Positions 20,567 to 30,221 of a DNA stretch of 64,000 nucleotides are shown here, in pieces; the first letter of the stretch is position 1, and every line of letters begins with the position of its first letter. Source of the DNA: a virus; IMG/VR virus record IMGVR_UViG_3300020021_000003, positions 1,877 through 65,876 of that record; one strand, given 5' to 3'. The position numbers were made by a program, and so were the translations under genes. The notes below the pieces were generated by a model. The model did no database searches, was not told where the DNA came from, and worked only from the letters and a program-made list of their open reading frames with translations.

Positions 20567-21019
20567 CTACTGTTGTGTGAGGATTAGATTTGCTGCCTGG
20601 ATAATTATTGCTTGATTCTGTGCGGCGAGTACTGGGATATCCCATTGCCATACACTGATTACTTCTCCGGTTGTACCGCTAGCCGCAGTAACAAGTGCTC
20701 CGAAGGTTGTAGTGGTTCCCGAACCAGAAGCTCCTGTGAAGGGACCAAAGGTCAATAGGTTGTTATTGACAATCTGGCTAAGCCCGTTAGCAGGAGATGT
20801 AGATGACGCCCACGTTACTACCTGTCGTGCGTACCCTACTGCACTCAGCTCAGTCAACTCAGAAAGCTGAGGGTCAGTAGGGTTGGCAGCAGTTGTGCTT
20901 GGATCTGCAACAAGCAGAGCTATATATCCTGTTGTAGGAGGAGTCCAGCCACCGAGAGATGTACCAGTAATCCAGTTGAGAATAGCTCTATCCGTAGTAT
21001 CGGTTAGATTACCTGACAT
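20567..21019 (-). CDS. Virion structural protein
   Basis: YIALL.ADP...GYARQ.VTW...FG.FT pattern of small virion proteins. Confidence 0.55.
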   Translation of the reverse strand: MSGNLTDTTDRAILNWITGTSLGGWTPPTTGYIALLVADPSTTAANPTDPQLSELTELSAVGYARQVVTWASSTSPANGLSQIVNNNLLTFGPFTGASGSGTTTTFGALVTAASGTTGEVISVWQWDIPVLAAQNQAIIIQAANLILTQQ

Positions 21020-21029
21020 GTGTTAATCC

Positions 21030-21410
21030 TTAACGGTAGTTGTTGTTCTCCCAAAGGAGACCCTTACTGGACAAATGGCGAGCCAGTTCAAGAGGAACGA
21101 CGTACTTTCTACCCTCTTCGAAGGTATAGTGATTTCCAGAACCAAAGGTAACCTGCTCAAGATTAGTGATAGGGGTGATAGTACGAGTTGGGGATTCTAC
21201 TTGAATCTCTTCCTCAAACTTCAGCTCATCCTGCGGCACGGCAGAAATAGGTCCATTGGAATAATCAATAGGGATATCGTTCTCTTCTGCTTCAAGCTCA
21301 TTCATCATAGCGATCTCCAGGGCGCGCTTCTTAAGCTCCTCCTGGTTTTCCTTCTGAAGACGCTGAGTCTCAATACCTGTCAAATCTCCAACGCGCTTAC
21401 GTGGCGGCAT
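21030..21410 (-). CDS. Hypothetical capsid-associated protein
   Basis: 126 aa with RBS directly after the capsid gene, C-terminal Y.FEEGRKY.VP..LA.HL. Confidence 0.6.
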   Translation of the reverse strand: MPPRKRVGDLTGIETQRLQKENQEELKKRALEIAMMNELEAEENDIPIDYSNGPISAVPQDELKFEEEIQVESPTRTITPITNLEQVTFGSGNHYTFEEGRKYVVPLELARHLSSKGLLWENNNYR

Positions 21411-21462
21411 ACTGTTCTCCTAGTTTGTGTCTCGTTTATTACTTATATTGTACAACAAGGAA

Positions 21463-21489
21463 AAGCCCTGCCCGTAATAGGCAAGGCTT
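21463..21489 (-). terminator. Intrinsic terminator after capsid gene
   Basis: AAGCCTTGCC-loop-GGCAGGGCTT followed by T residues on the minus strand. Confidence 0.65.
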
Positions 21490-21503
21490 CTCATTTTTAA
21501 AGC

Positions 21504-22541
21504 TTAGTTAGTAGAGGCGATAACAACAGAGATATCTGTGATTAGTCCTAGGCCCCAGATCGCGTACCAAGCAAGTGCGTGCTCACGGCCGAAGTCCAGA
21601 ATACCACCATCACGAAGTTCAACAGGAAGTGAGATAGCGTGACCGAATGCATTGTCTCCGATAAAGATAGAGTCGTATCGGTTGGCTGTTCCGTTACCAG
21701 TTGTGATTCCATTAGTGGTTGTGTCTGTAGTCCAACCAGTTCCAGCTCCACCGACAACGTTTCTTACCTGAGTTGTCTCGATAAATACCACGTCATTCAA
21801 GCGCCCGATTTCTCCAAGCATGAAATTACCTGGAGCGGCATACTTAGTCATTTCGATGAACTGTGGATCGTTTCTCAACCAACGGGACTGGTGAGGGTGT
21901 ACGAAACATACGTAAGTCTCGCCCAAACGAGGTACATTCTTCGTAGCCAAAGTCTCGACTGCATCGTACACAGTCTGGGAGCTTAGGTTGAAGTCACCAG
22001 TCATAGAAGCATTGGATGTTCCAGGAGTACCGATGTTGTAGAAGACCTGGTTGTTGATAGCGCCAGTGTCCTTCTCGTAACCGAATAGCTGAGAGGAAGC
22101 CTGTAGAAGAGTGTTACGTGCACTGACATCTAGGTATGTTGCCATGTTACGGCCTAGTAGACGAGAAGCAGATGCCATAACATCGTCGAAGGAAGCGTTA
22201 AGAAGTAGCTCAGAAACGGCTACAGCGTATCCCTGCTCAGCAACTGTGATAGAGAACTGAGAAGCTGTTAGAGGGTTAGTCTGGATACGAATACCTTCAA
22301 CAAGCTGAGTAGCCTGTCCAAGGTTGTTGTAACGCATGAAGTTAATTGTCAATCCAGGTGTAACACCGAGCTCTGTCTTTTTTACAGCGAACTGCTCGAA
22401 GCGCAGGATTGGCATCGCCTGAAACAAGATCTCCTTTGACCATACGGTCTGGATTGCAGGAGAAAGCGCAGAGCTTCCACCTGGATAAGATGTTGGAGCA
22501 CCAGAGATATTCGGTGTGCCCGTAATTGCGGAACCAGCCAT
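21504..22541 (-). CDS. Major capsid protein (N4-gp56-like family)
   Basis: PG.TINF.RY, YVCFVHP.Q...LR.DP and GEIG.L..V.F motifs. Confidence 0.92.
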   Translation of the reverse strand: MAGSAITGTPNISGAPTSYPGGSSALSPAIQTVWSKEILFQAMPILRFEQFAVKKTELGVTPGLTINFMRYNNLGQATQLVEGIRIQTNPLTASQFSITVAEQGYAVAVSELLLNASFDDVMASASRLLGRNMATYLDVSARNTLLQASSQLFGYEKDTGAINNQVFYNIGTPGTSNASMTGDFNLSSQTVYDAVETLATKNVPRLGETYVCFVHPHQSRWLRNDPQFIEMTKYAAPGNFMLGEIGRLNDVVFIETTQVRNVVGGAGTGWTTDTTTNGITTGNGTANRYDSIFIGDNAFGHAISLPVELRDGGILDFGREHALAWYAIWGLGLITDISVVIASTN

Positions 22542-22603
22542 AGTTAGTCCTTATCGATTATGTGGGTTCGGGCACTAGCCGTACCCAGGTTATTAGTTAA
22601 AAC

Positions 22604-23401
22604 TTAGCCGAAGATTCCACGGCTTCTTGCCGCATCATTACCAGCAAGCCCAGATTCCTGTCGGAATACTGCATACTCAGCCATACTCATGTTATTGATA
22701 TCTGCCTGAGTGTAAGTCTTCTGTCCCATTGCGCCCTCCAGAGGACCCATAGAGGTGTAACCGGTTGGGGATACTCCACGCATCTGTGCCTGCTGCTGTG
22801 CTCTGGCCGTTGCCACTTCGTCATAGATGGATTGAGTCTGGACCTTAGCTTGTGCTATAGCGTTGTCGATTTGTTCCTTGGTCTCACCCATAATGAAGTT
22901 GTGGAACTGTGGAGCGATTTCATCCTTCTCGTCCTGTAGACGGGAGGCTCTGTAATCTACAAGCTCGTTGTATGCTCGCTCCTTGGCAAGGATTGCTCTA
23001 TCTGCTTCTCTTTCAGACTGAAGCTTGGTAAAGCGTTCTTCCCAATTATCGTTGGTCTCCTTCAGCTTCTGCTCTAGGAGCTGCTTTGCAGACATCTCCT
23101 CTTCCTTCTTGGCCTGAACAGTTGCTTCCTTCTCCTGCTGCTTGCGTGCTGCTTCTGCAAGTTCCTGTGCGCGCTGGTCTTCGATAGCCTTGATACTTGC
23201 TGTAAGTCTGTCGATTTCCGGATAGAGTTTGTCCTTCTCTTCCTTACGGATTCTCTCTAGGTCCGCTGCGGTGAAAGTTCTCTCACCATTGGCTCCATGA
23301 GCGAAAGCTACTGGGGAAGGATTGGGGCTCTGTGCGCCATTGTCTGTTGGGGTTGGAGACTCAATTGATGTCGCCAAACCTGGCTGTACTGGAACTGTCA
23401 T
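22604..23401 (-). CDS. Capsid scaffolding protein
   Basis: Charged coiled-coil between portal and capsid genes. Confidence 0.8.
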   Translation of the reverse strand: MTVPVQPGLATSIESPTPTDNGAQSPNPSPVAFAHGANGERTFTAADLERIRKEEKDKLYPEIDRLTASIKAIEDQRAQELAEAARKQQEKEATVQAKKEEEMSAKQLLEQKLKETNDNWEERFTKLQSEREADRAILAKERAYNELVDYRASRLQDEKDEIAPQFHNFIMGETKEQIDNAIAQAKVQTQSIYDEVATARAQQQAQMRGVSPTGYTSMGPLEGAMGQKTYTQADINNMSMAEYAVFRQESGLAGNDAARSRGIFG

Positions 23402-23472
23402 TTCTATTATCTCCTAGAGTTGGGCTGATTATTTTCCGAATATGTCCCGAGTATGTAAGCTGTTCTTATCTA

Positions 23473-25200
23473 CTAATTGTCATCTGTTGGTAGCTGTCGA
23501 GAACCTAGCTTGGTTCCGTAAGCATTGACGACTGCCTCACGCAAGGCATTCATTGATCCCGCACCATCGAGATCTTGGAGGTTCAGATCCTTTGAACCCA
23601 TTGGTCCTGGTCCCTTTGCGGGAGATGCCTTAGGGTTGCCCTCAGCATCACTAGGAGGAACTATGGACGGATCAGGAATGACACTGCCATCAGGCTGTGG
23701 AATCATTCCGGTGAGTTCTGTGATTACAGAATCGATCTGTGTTCTCAGCATACGTAGAGCACCATCACGAACAGCATCATCGTGCAGTTCATCGTAGATC
23801 TCTTGTAGCTTGTCATCTGGGAACTGCTCTCCCAGATCCTTGAGTGCGCCGCGACGGCTTTCCAGATCCATATTCATCATTCCCATGATCTCGTTGAGCT
23901 TGATCAAACGGTCAACAGGAAGTGGTGAAGGCCAGTCGATGTCACTGAAGTAAAGAAGAGGGTCAGAGGGATCAACCATGAACGGCTGACCTTCCTTGAT
24001 AATTCCCTCAGTATCAGGATTGTAAAGGGTTGCTTCAGGCTCAAAGATAAATAGAGTCTTAAGTGCTAGCTCATTTATCTTTTGTAGTCCCTTACCATAT
24101 TGTATCTTCTTTAGCTCAAACTTTTGCATTAGAGGTAAGAATTGAATAGAAAGAGCTACACCAGAAGTATTACTGATTGGCTGTGATTGTCCAAGAGCTG
24201 ACTCTGGAACACCAGTCATTTCATGCATAGCAACCTTGAGCATGTTGAGTGCGTCGAGCGGACCTTCTAGTTCCACACCATTTTCCAGGTTGTGGATATC
24301 TACGTCCTTGTTACCGATGGACCACACGCGGTTGGTTCCCTTCTCAAGCTGAGAAGGCTTTGCTCCGATAACAACGGTGATAGGAGCTGCATGGTAATTG
24401 ACTATGTCAGCAATATCTGTAGCAGTTTCATTATACTGTCTATTCAGTGTAATGAGGTTTTGTACATCTGATAATCCCCAAGGAGAACCAGAAGCCGGGT
24501 GATTTGCAATGTGGACGATAGGGATAACACCTAGCGCGTTAGGACGCTCATCGATCAGCTCATCGTTTACATACTCACGGATAATGTCTGATCGGATTAA
24601 TTCAGTATAGGTGTATACAGATCTGGTTCCCTCTGTGTTGGTTCCCCAGAAACGGTACTTCAACTTGAACTCAAGAAGTCTGTCACGGTCGTGTGGATGC
24701 CACGTAGGGAAGCAGTAGGCAGAGTTGAGAGGAAGGATACGAACTCTTCCTGCATGATTGTTTCCCGCGTCATCGATCCAAGAAGATTCGTAAGCTACCT
24801 TAACGAAACAATCTCCAGAGACACCGCCCTGCTGACCCATTTCCCAAGTGACGGCCTTCATGTTGTTGTCCTGTTGCCAAACTCTCTTGAGCAGGGCAGG
24901 GATAATGTGGTCGTACTCCTTGATGGTGTCAAAGGCGATGCCTCTGGAGAAACAGAAGTTATTGATATAGTCGGCGAATGCCTGGACATAGTTGAAGGTA
25001 AGCTGAGGATCTCCGAACTCGCGGCGAACTCCCCAGTGATGCCCTAAGTACCAAGCCCAGTATTCTGCGTAGCGATTTAGGCGGGGGCCGTGCATTTCAA
25101 ATTCTTCATCAGATAATTCAACTAGACCTAGCGGTGATACTGCTATCGCTAGGTCGGATGATGCGGCTCTCATTGATGGAGAGTAGAAAGTCATTGACAT
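23473..25200 (-). CDS. Portal protein (SPP1 gp6-like)
   Basis: NALG.IPIVHIAN.P..G..WG.SD..NL..L..QYN and SNTSGVAL motifs. Confidence 0.92.
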   Translation of the reverse strand: MSMTFYSPSMRAASSDLAIAVSPLGLVELSDEEFEMHGPRLNRYAEYWAWYLGHHWGVRREFGDPQLTFNYVQAFADYINNFCFSRGIAFDTIKEYDHIIPALLKRVWQQDNNMKAVTWEMGQQGGVSGDCFVKVAYESSWIDDAGNNHAGRVRILPLNSAYCFPTWHPHDRDRLLEFKLKYRFWGTNTEGTRSVYTYTELIRSDIIREYVNDELIDERPNALGVIPIVHIANHPASGSPWGLSDVQNLITLNRQYNETATDIADIVNYHAAPITVVIGAKPSQLEKGTNRVWSIGNKDVDIHNLENGVELEGPLDALNMLKVAMHEMTGVPESALGQSQPISNTSGVALSIQFLPLMQKFELKKIQYGKGLQKINELALKTLFIFEPEATLYNPDTEGIIKEGQPFMVDPSDPLLYFSDIDWPSPLPVDRLIKLNEIMGMMNMDLESRRGALKDLGEQFPDDKLQEIYDELHDDAVRDGALRMLRTQIDSVITELTGMIPQPDGSVIPDPSIVPPSDAEGNPKASPAKGPGPMGSKDLNLQDLDGAGSMNALREAVVNAYGTKLGSRQLPTDDN

Positions 25201-25253
25201 TAAATTACCTGATTCTTCGAATTAGTATCTCTGATCTATAGGTTACCACATAA

Positions 25254-25556
25254 TTAGGAAGCGTACACAGTAAAGGGAACTGCTGTATCAGAGATCAACA
25301 GCACACTTGTTCCACTTACCATTCTGGTAATAGGCTCCTGTGAAAGGATTCCATTAGGGAAAGTTATAGACTGGCCGGGTAGGACAGGATAGTTGTCATC
25401 TTCTAGAACTTCTGGTTCGATACCATCAGTACGTAGCCAAATTGTTCCAGTAGCTCCGCGATGCACAACAGTGATATAGGCAAAGTACTGAGGGAAGTTG
25501 ACAGGGTAAACCGTATCGACTATAAGCGTGTCTGAATGCGCTCTACTGGCTGCCAT
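25254..25556 (-). CDS. Small beta-rich virion-like protein
   Basis: 100-aa ORF in the head operon. Confidence 0.55.
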   Translation of the reverse strand: MAASRAHSDTLIVDTVYPVNFPQYFAYITVVHRGATGTIWLRTDGIEPEVLEDDNYPVLPGQSITFPNGILSQEPITRMVSGTSVLLISDTAVPFTVYAS

Positions 25557-25558
25557 AG

Positions 25559-25744
25559 TTACCTCATGTTCGTGACCGAAACGGTCTGGTCTAGTGGATA
25601 CTGCTTCTGGACGTCTTCTCTAGTGGGTAGTTCTCCACCACTGAGTCCTATGCTATTGAGACTGGAAGCACTAACAACAGCGTCATTAGTGCTTCCAGAC
25701 AGTTCATGCATGGCAGCCGTTCTTCTATCGTTGAAGACTGTCAC
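25559..25744 (-). CDS. Hypothetical protein
   Basis: 61-aa ORF tightly packed in the operon. Confidence 0.45.
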   Translation of the reverse strand: MTVFNDRRTAAMHELSGSTNDAVVSASSLNSIGLSGGELPTREDVQKQYPLDQTVSVTNMR

Positions 25745-25753
25745 GGTAAATCC

Positions 25754-26125
25754 TTAGCCGATAACTGCGAAAGTACCTGCACTGGTAGCTAGAGCAAGAA
25801 CTACTCCAGCAGTAGAAGCAGCAGCTACAGCACTGATAGGTGTGGTAGCTGTAAGTGCAGCAGGAACAGCAGCAGGATCGGTTGCCAGCGGTGTGGAGGT
25901 TGTAAGCTCTGGACGTGCAGAACGGTTACGCACATATGTAGTCGCACCAGCGGCACAGGAGATAGAGTCAACTCCTGTGGTCAGAGCAGTACCTGAAGTA
26001 GATACGAACACAGGACCAGCAGCACCACTGGGAACGGAGACAGCTACATAAGGTGCCCAAGAAGTAAGGGTAGTTGTTGCGGCTGTTGTAGCGGGAACAG
26101 TCACAGTGGTTGTGTAAACAGCCAT
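25754..26125 (-). CDS. Small Ala/Thr-rich virion-like protein
   Basis: 123 aa from ATG 26125, resembles the 25254 protein. Confidence 0.55.
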   Translation of the reverse strand: MAVYTTTVTVPATTAATTTLTSWAPYVAVSVPSGAAGPVFVSTSGTALTTGVDSISCAAGATTYVRNRSARPELTTSTPLATDPAAVPAALTATTPISAVAAASTAGVVLALATSAGTFAVIG

Positions 26126-26144
26126 AGTTAAATCCAATCAATAG

Positions 26145-26420
26145 TTACTTGGTGGCTGTCTTGTCTACGACAGTATCGACAACGTCTACAGCCTGGTCTA
26201 CTACGTCCACGTCGGATCGTAGAGTATCCGCAATAGCTTCTACTTTGGTAGCCGCGTCATGCAGGTTGGTTGCAACAGCTTCCTTTACCACGTCCTCTAG
26301 AGGAGCCTGGTGGATATGCTGAAATACAGCCTCCAGCTTTGTAACGAGAACCTTGAAGTCTCCCTCAAGACTGTTCTTCAACTGGTTCAACTTTGCTTCT
26401 GTATCGACTATTACATTCAT
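26145..26420 (-). CDS. Hypothetical helical protein
   Basis: 91-aa ORF with AAGGA RBS. Confidence 0.55.
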   Translation of the reverse strand: MNVIVDTEAKLNQLKNSLEGDFKVLVTKLEAVFQHIHQAPLEDVVKEAVATNLHDAATKVEAIADTLRSDVDVVDQAVDVVDTVVDKTATK

Positions 26421-26428
26421 AATTTTCC

Positions 26429-26635
26429 TTAGTTTCTAGCTACTGACGCATTAGCGGAGTAGACAACGCTTTCTAGATGTGTGATAGCAAGAGACTTGTC
26501 TCTGCCCTCAGGAAGTACTGTATTCAACCAGAGTGCATACTCTCTTGCCTTGCCGCGAATCTCTTCGTATAGAGCAGCCGTCTCTGGTGTAGACGCATGA
26601 AATGTAAATCGATTAGTAATGTCAGTGATATCCAT
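26429..26635 (-). CDS. Acb2/Tad1-like hairpin-domain protein (candidate signalling-nucleotide sponge)
   Basis: RFTFH...YEEIR..A...LP.GRDKSLAITHLE..VY.ANASVARN matches my recollection of this family. Confidence 0.6.
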   Translation of the reverse strand: MDITDITNRFTFHASTPETAALYEEIRGKAREYALWLNTVLPEGRDKSLAITHLESVVYSANASVARN

Positions 26636-26655
26636 TTAGTATTCCTTGTTAGTGA

Positions 26656-27093
26656 TTAGTCAGATACGATTGCTGAATGCAGTCTTTCGTAGCGTCCGCC
26701 AGAGCGATTGACCTGCTCGAAGCGACGGGTAGCATTGGTGTCTACATTCACGCCGTGCATGAACTCACCAGTCATGTCAACAGAGTCGAGCCATGCGGCA
26801 GAACCTGCGTGAGCACGCTGCTTCATTGTCTCTTCTGGAGACTTCTCGAATACATTCATGTTGTGGTTAGGGCGACCTGGTGCAGTTCTGTAGCCCTGCA
26901 TTGCTCCTAGAGTAAAGTCGCTAGGAACGTCAGTGTCAGTTGCAAGACCTTCCTCGAAACGAAGTGGTCCGCGACGCTCCGTGTTGGCTGCCATCTTACC
27001 CTCGTAATTGATAGCACCACGGTCTCTCTCTGCAAATCTTGGAGTTGGGGCCAGATTTACTGCGCGCCCAGCTTCCTGATACATATCAGCCAT
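26656..27093 (-). CDS. Conserved hypothetical protein downstream of terminase
   Basis: 145-aa ORF with GGAG RBS and RGPLRFEEG.ATDTDVP motif. Confidence 0.6.
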   Translation of the reverse strand: MADMYQEAGRAVNLAPTPRFAERDRGAINYEGKMAANTERRGPLRFEEGLATDTDVPSDFTLGAMQGYRTAPGRPNHNMNVFEKSPEETMKQRAHAGSAAWLDSVDMTGEFMHGVNVDTNATRRFEQVNRSGGRYERLHSAIVSD

Positions 27094-27136
27094 AGTGGCT
27101 CCTTAAGTTTATAGACTAGTCTACCTATATGATAGC

Positions 27137-28714
27137 TTAACTTCGTCTGCGATCGTAGAAAGGATTATTGCTCTGTTCTATTTCCTCGGTAACACTGACT
27201 GGAATAACACTCAGAGCAATAGCAAGAGAGTCACAATAGTCATCATGAGCGTTGGCTTCCTTAGGAGCTTCCGCTAACATATAGGGTCCTTCGAATTTCA
27301 CCTGAAGGTCTGACATCTGCTGAATGAAGTTTCTGTACGTACGCAGTGAACGTGTCTTAGCATGTGCTGGCCAGGTGAGCTTGGCTCGATCCAGCATTTC
27401 ACGAAGGTACTTCCAACGAGATGACTGCTCTGCTCTTTGGGAAGAGACATCAAGAATCTCTATATGCGGTAGAAGAACTCTGAGACGGGATATAACTACA
27501 TCTCCCACCCCACCTTCATCTACACCGATTGCCCATACATTATATCTGGATACGAACTCTACTATCCTGTGATACTGTTCTTCCCAGCCAAGACCCTGTA
27601 GATCCATCCAATTGAGAATACGAGTATCGTAGTAGCCGAATTCATCTCTGCGTTCCCAGTCCACGAATACAGCAGTGACAATAGTACTGTCGATCTTTCG
27701 TGCCGGGTCTATACCTATGACCACAGGAGTCATGTAGTAGTTCTTCTCTGTCTGCATCGTTCTGTCCCCGAGTTCCTCAAGACGCTCGGAGGTTGTGAAC
27801 ATTCCCTGTTCCAGAAGCCACATGAGACGGTAGGACAGCTTGAATTCATCAGAGTCATAGCCCATACGAAGCATGTCACCAGCTACGTGCTTCTCGTATC
27901 TCTTGTTCCACTTTCCTACCTCACGGTAGTCAGCTTCGAAGTGATTGGATCTAGCGCCGCGCTTTGTGGCATTTCTCTTGTTGTGCTGGATCTCTCGGTG
28001 GAATACACCCTTCTCGTAAGTAGGTGTACCTGTCATGACAAAGGTTCCACGAGTGGATGCGAGCATAGGACGGATGGACTTGTCCACTACTCGCTGGTCT
28101 GCCACCTGTGCTTCGTCAAGGAGGGCAATATGATATGTCTTACCTTCAATAGAAGCTCTGGGGTGAGCCGTCTGACGACGCACGATAGAACCGCACTTTT
28201 CCAGACGTAGTTCTGATCCTCTGCCCTTTACTCGTTCATCGATCTCAGGGTCAAGAAGGATAGCCTGTGCTCTCTCGCTGGTAATCATAGAGACGATACG
28301 GGAGAACAGAGTCTTTGCCATGTCGTCTACTGGTGCGAAAGCTCCAACCCATACGCCTTCCTTGAAATCGTCCAGCCATTCATTGAACGGTTCTACCTTG
28401 GCCAGACGGGGAAGCATGATCATCAGAGTGGCAACCGTGGCTGCCACTGTCTCAGTCTTACCGCTCTGACGGCTGAAGAGGGCTGTTATAGTGGCTCCGT
28501 CATTGATGATGACCGATTCCATCAACCGCGCCGCAAAGGGTCTCTGGTAGCCGTACAGCGGGTGTCCTGACAGCTTGTCCGCGAACATCAGCAAGCGTTC
28601 GACAATCGCATCAATGAATGCCTGTGAATGCGGGTCGATATCTATCTTGGTCGTAGCAAGAGCTTCCCGTTCCTCAGAACTCAGCTCATCTAAGTCTTCC
28701 TCATACATGTTCAT
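27137..28714 (-). CDS. Terminase large subunit
   Basis: Walker A FSRQSGKT, Walker B ALLDEAQ, TGTP, nuclease VVIGIDPA and HDDYCDS. Confidence 0.95.
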   Translation of the reverse strand: MNMYEEDLDELSSEEREALATTKIDIDPHSQAFIDAIVERLLMFADKLSGHPLYGYQRPFAARLMESVIINDGATITALFSRQSGKTETVAATVATLMIMLPRLAKVEPFNEWLDDFKEGVWVGAFAPVDDMAKTLFSRIVSMITSERAQAILLDPEIDERVKGRGSELRLEKCGSIVRRQTAHPRASIEGKTYHIALLDEAQVADQRVVDKSIRPMLASTRGTFVMTGTPTYEKGVFHREIQHNKRNATKRGARSNHFEADYREVGKWNKRYEKHVAGDMLRMGYDSDEFKLSYRLMWLLEQGMFTTSERLEELGDRTMQTEKNYYMTPVVIGIDPARKIDSTIVTAVFVDWERRDEFGYYDTRILNWMDLQGLGWEEQYHRIVEFVSRYNVWAIGVDEGGVGDVVISRLRVLLPHIEILDVSSQRAEQSSRWKYLREMLDRAKLTWPAHAKTRSLRTYRNFIQQMSDLQVKFEGPYMLAEAPKEANAHDDYCDSLAIALSVIPVSVTEEIEQSNNPFYDRRRS

Positions 28715-28758
28715 GTAGTTCTCCTAATTGGTATCTCATCAGTACTATTGTACCTAAG

Positions 28759-28788
28759 TTGACACGAGCTGACGTGGCGCGGTACGGT
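28759..28788 (+). promoter_or_regulatory. Sigma-70-type promoter for the lone plus-strand gene
   Basis: TTGACA-18 nt-TACGGT. Confidence 0.5.
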
Positions 28789-28817
28789 GGTACTCCGATA
28801 CTTACTAAGGAGAGACT

Positions 28818-29066
28818 ATGGACCAGGATATATTCGAGCAGATGAGACAGGACACCCATCCTTCTCATGCCAGAGAGTTTGCTCGCCCGATCATTGCTGC
28901 TGCTATCGGCGGTTACATCGGGCATAAGCTGGACCAGACACGTTTCGGCATCTGGTTCAATAACAACCGCGTTGTCAATTGGGTCTACGTGACTATCGCA
29001 CAGCTAGGTGTAAGTACAGTCATCGCTGGTGTACTCAACATCGCCTGGTACCTGTTTACTCACTAA
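28818..29066 (+). CDS. Small membrane protein, antisense to the late operon
   Basis: 82 aa, AAGGAGAG RBS, two hydrophobic segments. Confidence 0.65.
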   Translation: MDQDIFEQMRQDTHPSHAREFARPIIAAAIGGYIGHKLDQTRFGIWFNNNRVVNWVYVTIAQLGVSTVIAGVLNIAWYLFTH

Positions 29067-29310
29067 TACGTTCTTCCAACACCTGGAGAGCCGCGAGAAG
29101 TGATACTGCTCCACTACGTGTGTCCTGTAGGTATACAAGAGCCTGTTCCGGATTTCGGGGCAGGCTCTTTCTTATCTCCGAGATGTTCTTTCCTACTCCT
29201 GTATTGATGGTGTCCAGCCAGCGGATGAGATCTACGTCGTCTACTTTGCGCAGTCTTCTCAATAGCTTGCCCTTGATATTCTCGTCTGTCTTTCTATTGA
29301 ACAGTCTCAT
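29056..29310 (-). CDS. Hypothetical protein
   Basis: 84 aa, translationally coupled to the upstream ORF. Confidence 0.55.
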   Translation of the reverse strand: MRLFNRKTDENIKGKLLRRLRKVDDVDLIRWLDTINTGVGKNISEIRKSLPRNPEQALVYLQDTRSGAVSLLAALQVLEERISE

Positions 29311-29663
29311 TACAAATCCAATACGTCTACTAGTAGTTGCTGCTTATCCATAGGGATCTGCTTCCGAATCATAGTACGTCTTATGTGAACCTTCTCTGCT
29401 TCAGAGAATTCTAGGTCAGTCATCCTGCGGCCTTCCATGGCAGCTATAAGAGCCTGTTCCTCCGTTCGCTCAGTCTTGTGCCACCAACCCATGACAAGGC
29501 CGTATTCGGTACACGGAAGGCGGAGGATGAAGCTGTTAGCCCAACGGTAGGGTTCGTCTACTTCGTGTGTAGGGTAGCGATGGATGATGGAGGACTTCAG
29601 CTTGAGCTTGATCGGGTGCCAGAATAGTCTTCCGAGATCGTGTGTCGTATTGTTGATAGACAA
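29310..29663 (-). CDS. Hypothetical protein
   Basis: 117 aa with AAGGA RBS. Confidence 0.55.
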   Translation of the reverse strand: MSINNTTHDLGRLFWHPIKLKLKSSIIHRYPTHEVDEPYRWANSFILRLPCTEYGLVMGWWHKTERTEEQALIAAMEGRRMTDLEFSEAEKVHIRRTMIRKQIPMDKQQLLVDVLDL

Positions 29664-29671
29664 GATAGTCC

Positions 29672-30151
29672 TTACATGAGTCCATTGTTGTAGGGGAAGT
29701 TATTCAATGTGCTGTTTATGAATCTGCCCGGAGAATTGGTGCGCTGGAATCTGTACCAGACAGAAGGGGGAATATTGTAGTAGGTGTAGTACTCTCCGTC
29801 TCTGAACTTTATACGGAGAGTCTGGCTTCTCTCGTCATATCCTGCCGCAAGAGTTCTCGGGCGCTTAGGATCGATTGTAGCTGTCGGTTGATAAGGCAGT
29901 AAAGCCCTGTCATTTCCATTGACCGCTTGTGCTATCTCCTGCTCAGTACGCAGATCAGTTCTCTGTGCCGCCTGGATCTGCGTAGCATTCAAATCAAGAA
30001 ATGAACGTCCTGGGACATCTACTACAGGAGCCATTGTCTCTGGAGCAGTATATCTGTTCTGTCCAAGGAATTCTCTGTCCCACGCCGCGCCCGCTCTATT
30101 TCTCGTCGGTGCAATAGGTGGAACCCTATTGGTTACTTTTCTTCTCGCCAT
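29672..30151 (-). CDS. KTSC-domain protein
   Basis: C-terminal GYD...TLRIKFRDG..Y.YYNIP...W..F....SPGRFIN. Confidence 0.85.
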   Translation of the reverse strand: MARRKVTNRVPPIAPTRNRAGAAWDREFLGQNRYTAPETMAPVVDVPGRSFLDLNATQIQAAQRTDLRTEQEIAQAVNGNDRALLPYQPTATIDPKRPRTLAAGYDERSQTLRIKFRDGEYYTYYNIPPSVWYRFQRTNSPGRFINSTLNNFPYNNGLM

Positions 30152-30175
30152 TGTATCTCCTTACTTAAAACAAAA

Positions 30176-30212
30176 ATACCCCATCCTGTAATTATCCTAC
30201 AGGATGGGGTAT
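30176..30212 (-). terminator. Intrinsic terminator
   Basis: Perfect 15-bp inverted repeat ATACCCCATCCTGTA/TACAGGATGGGGTAT followed by a T run. Confidence 0.8.
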
Positions 30213-30221
30213 CTTAGTATA

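Noticed and set aside
21504-28714. Inteins or introns in terminase, portal or capsid genes
   Set aside because: Lengths are typical and no C1/HN-C splice motifs or frame breaks are seen.
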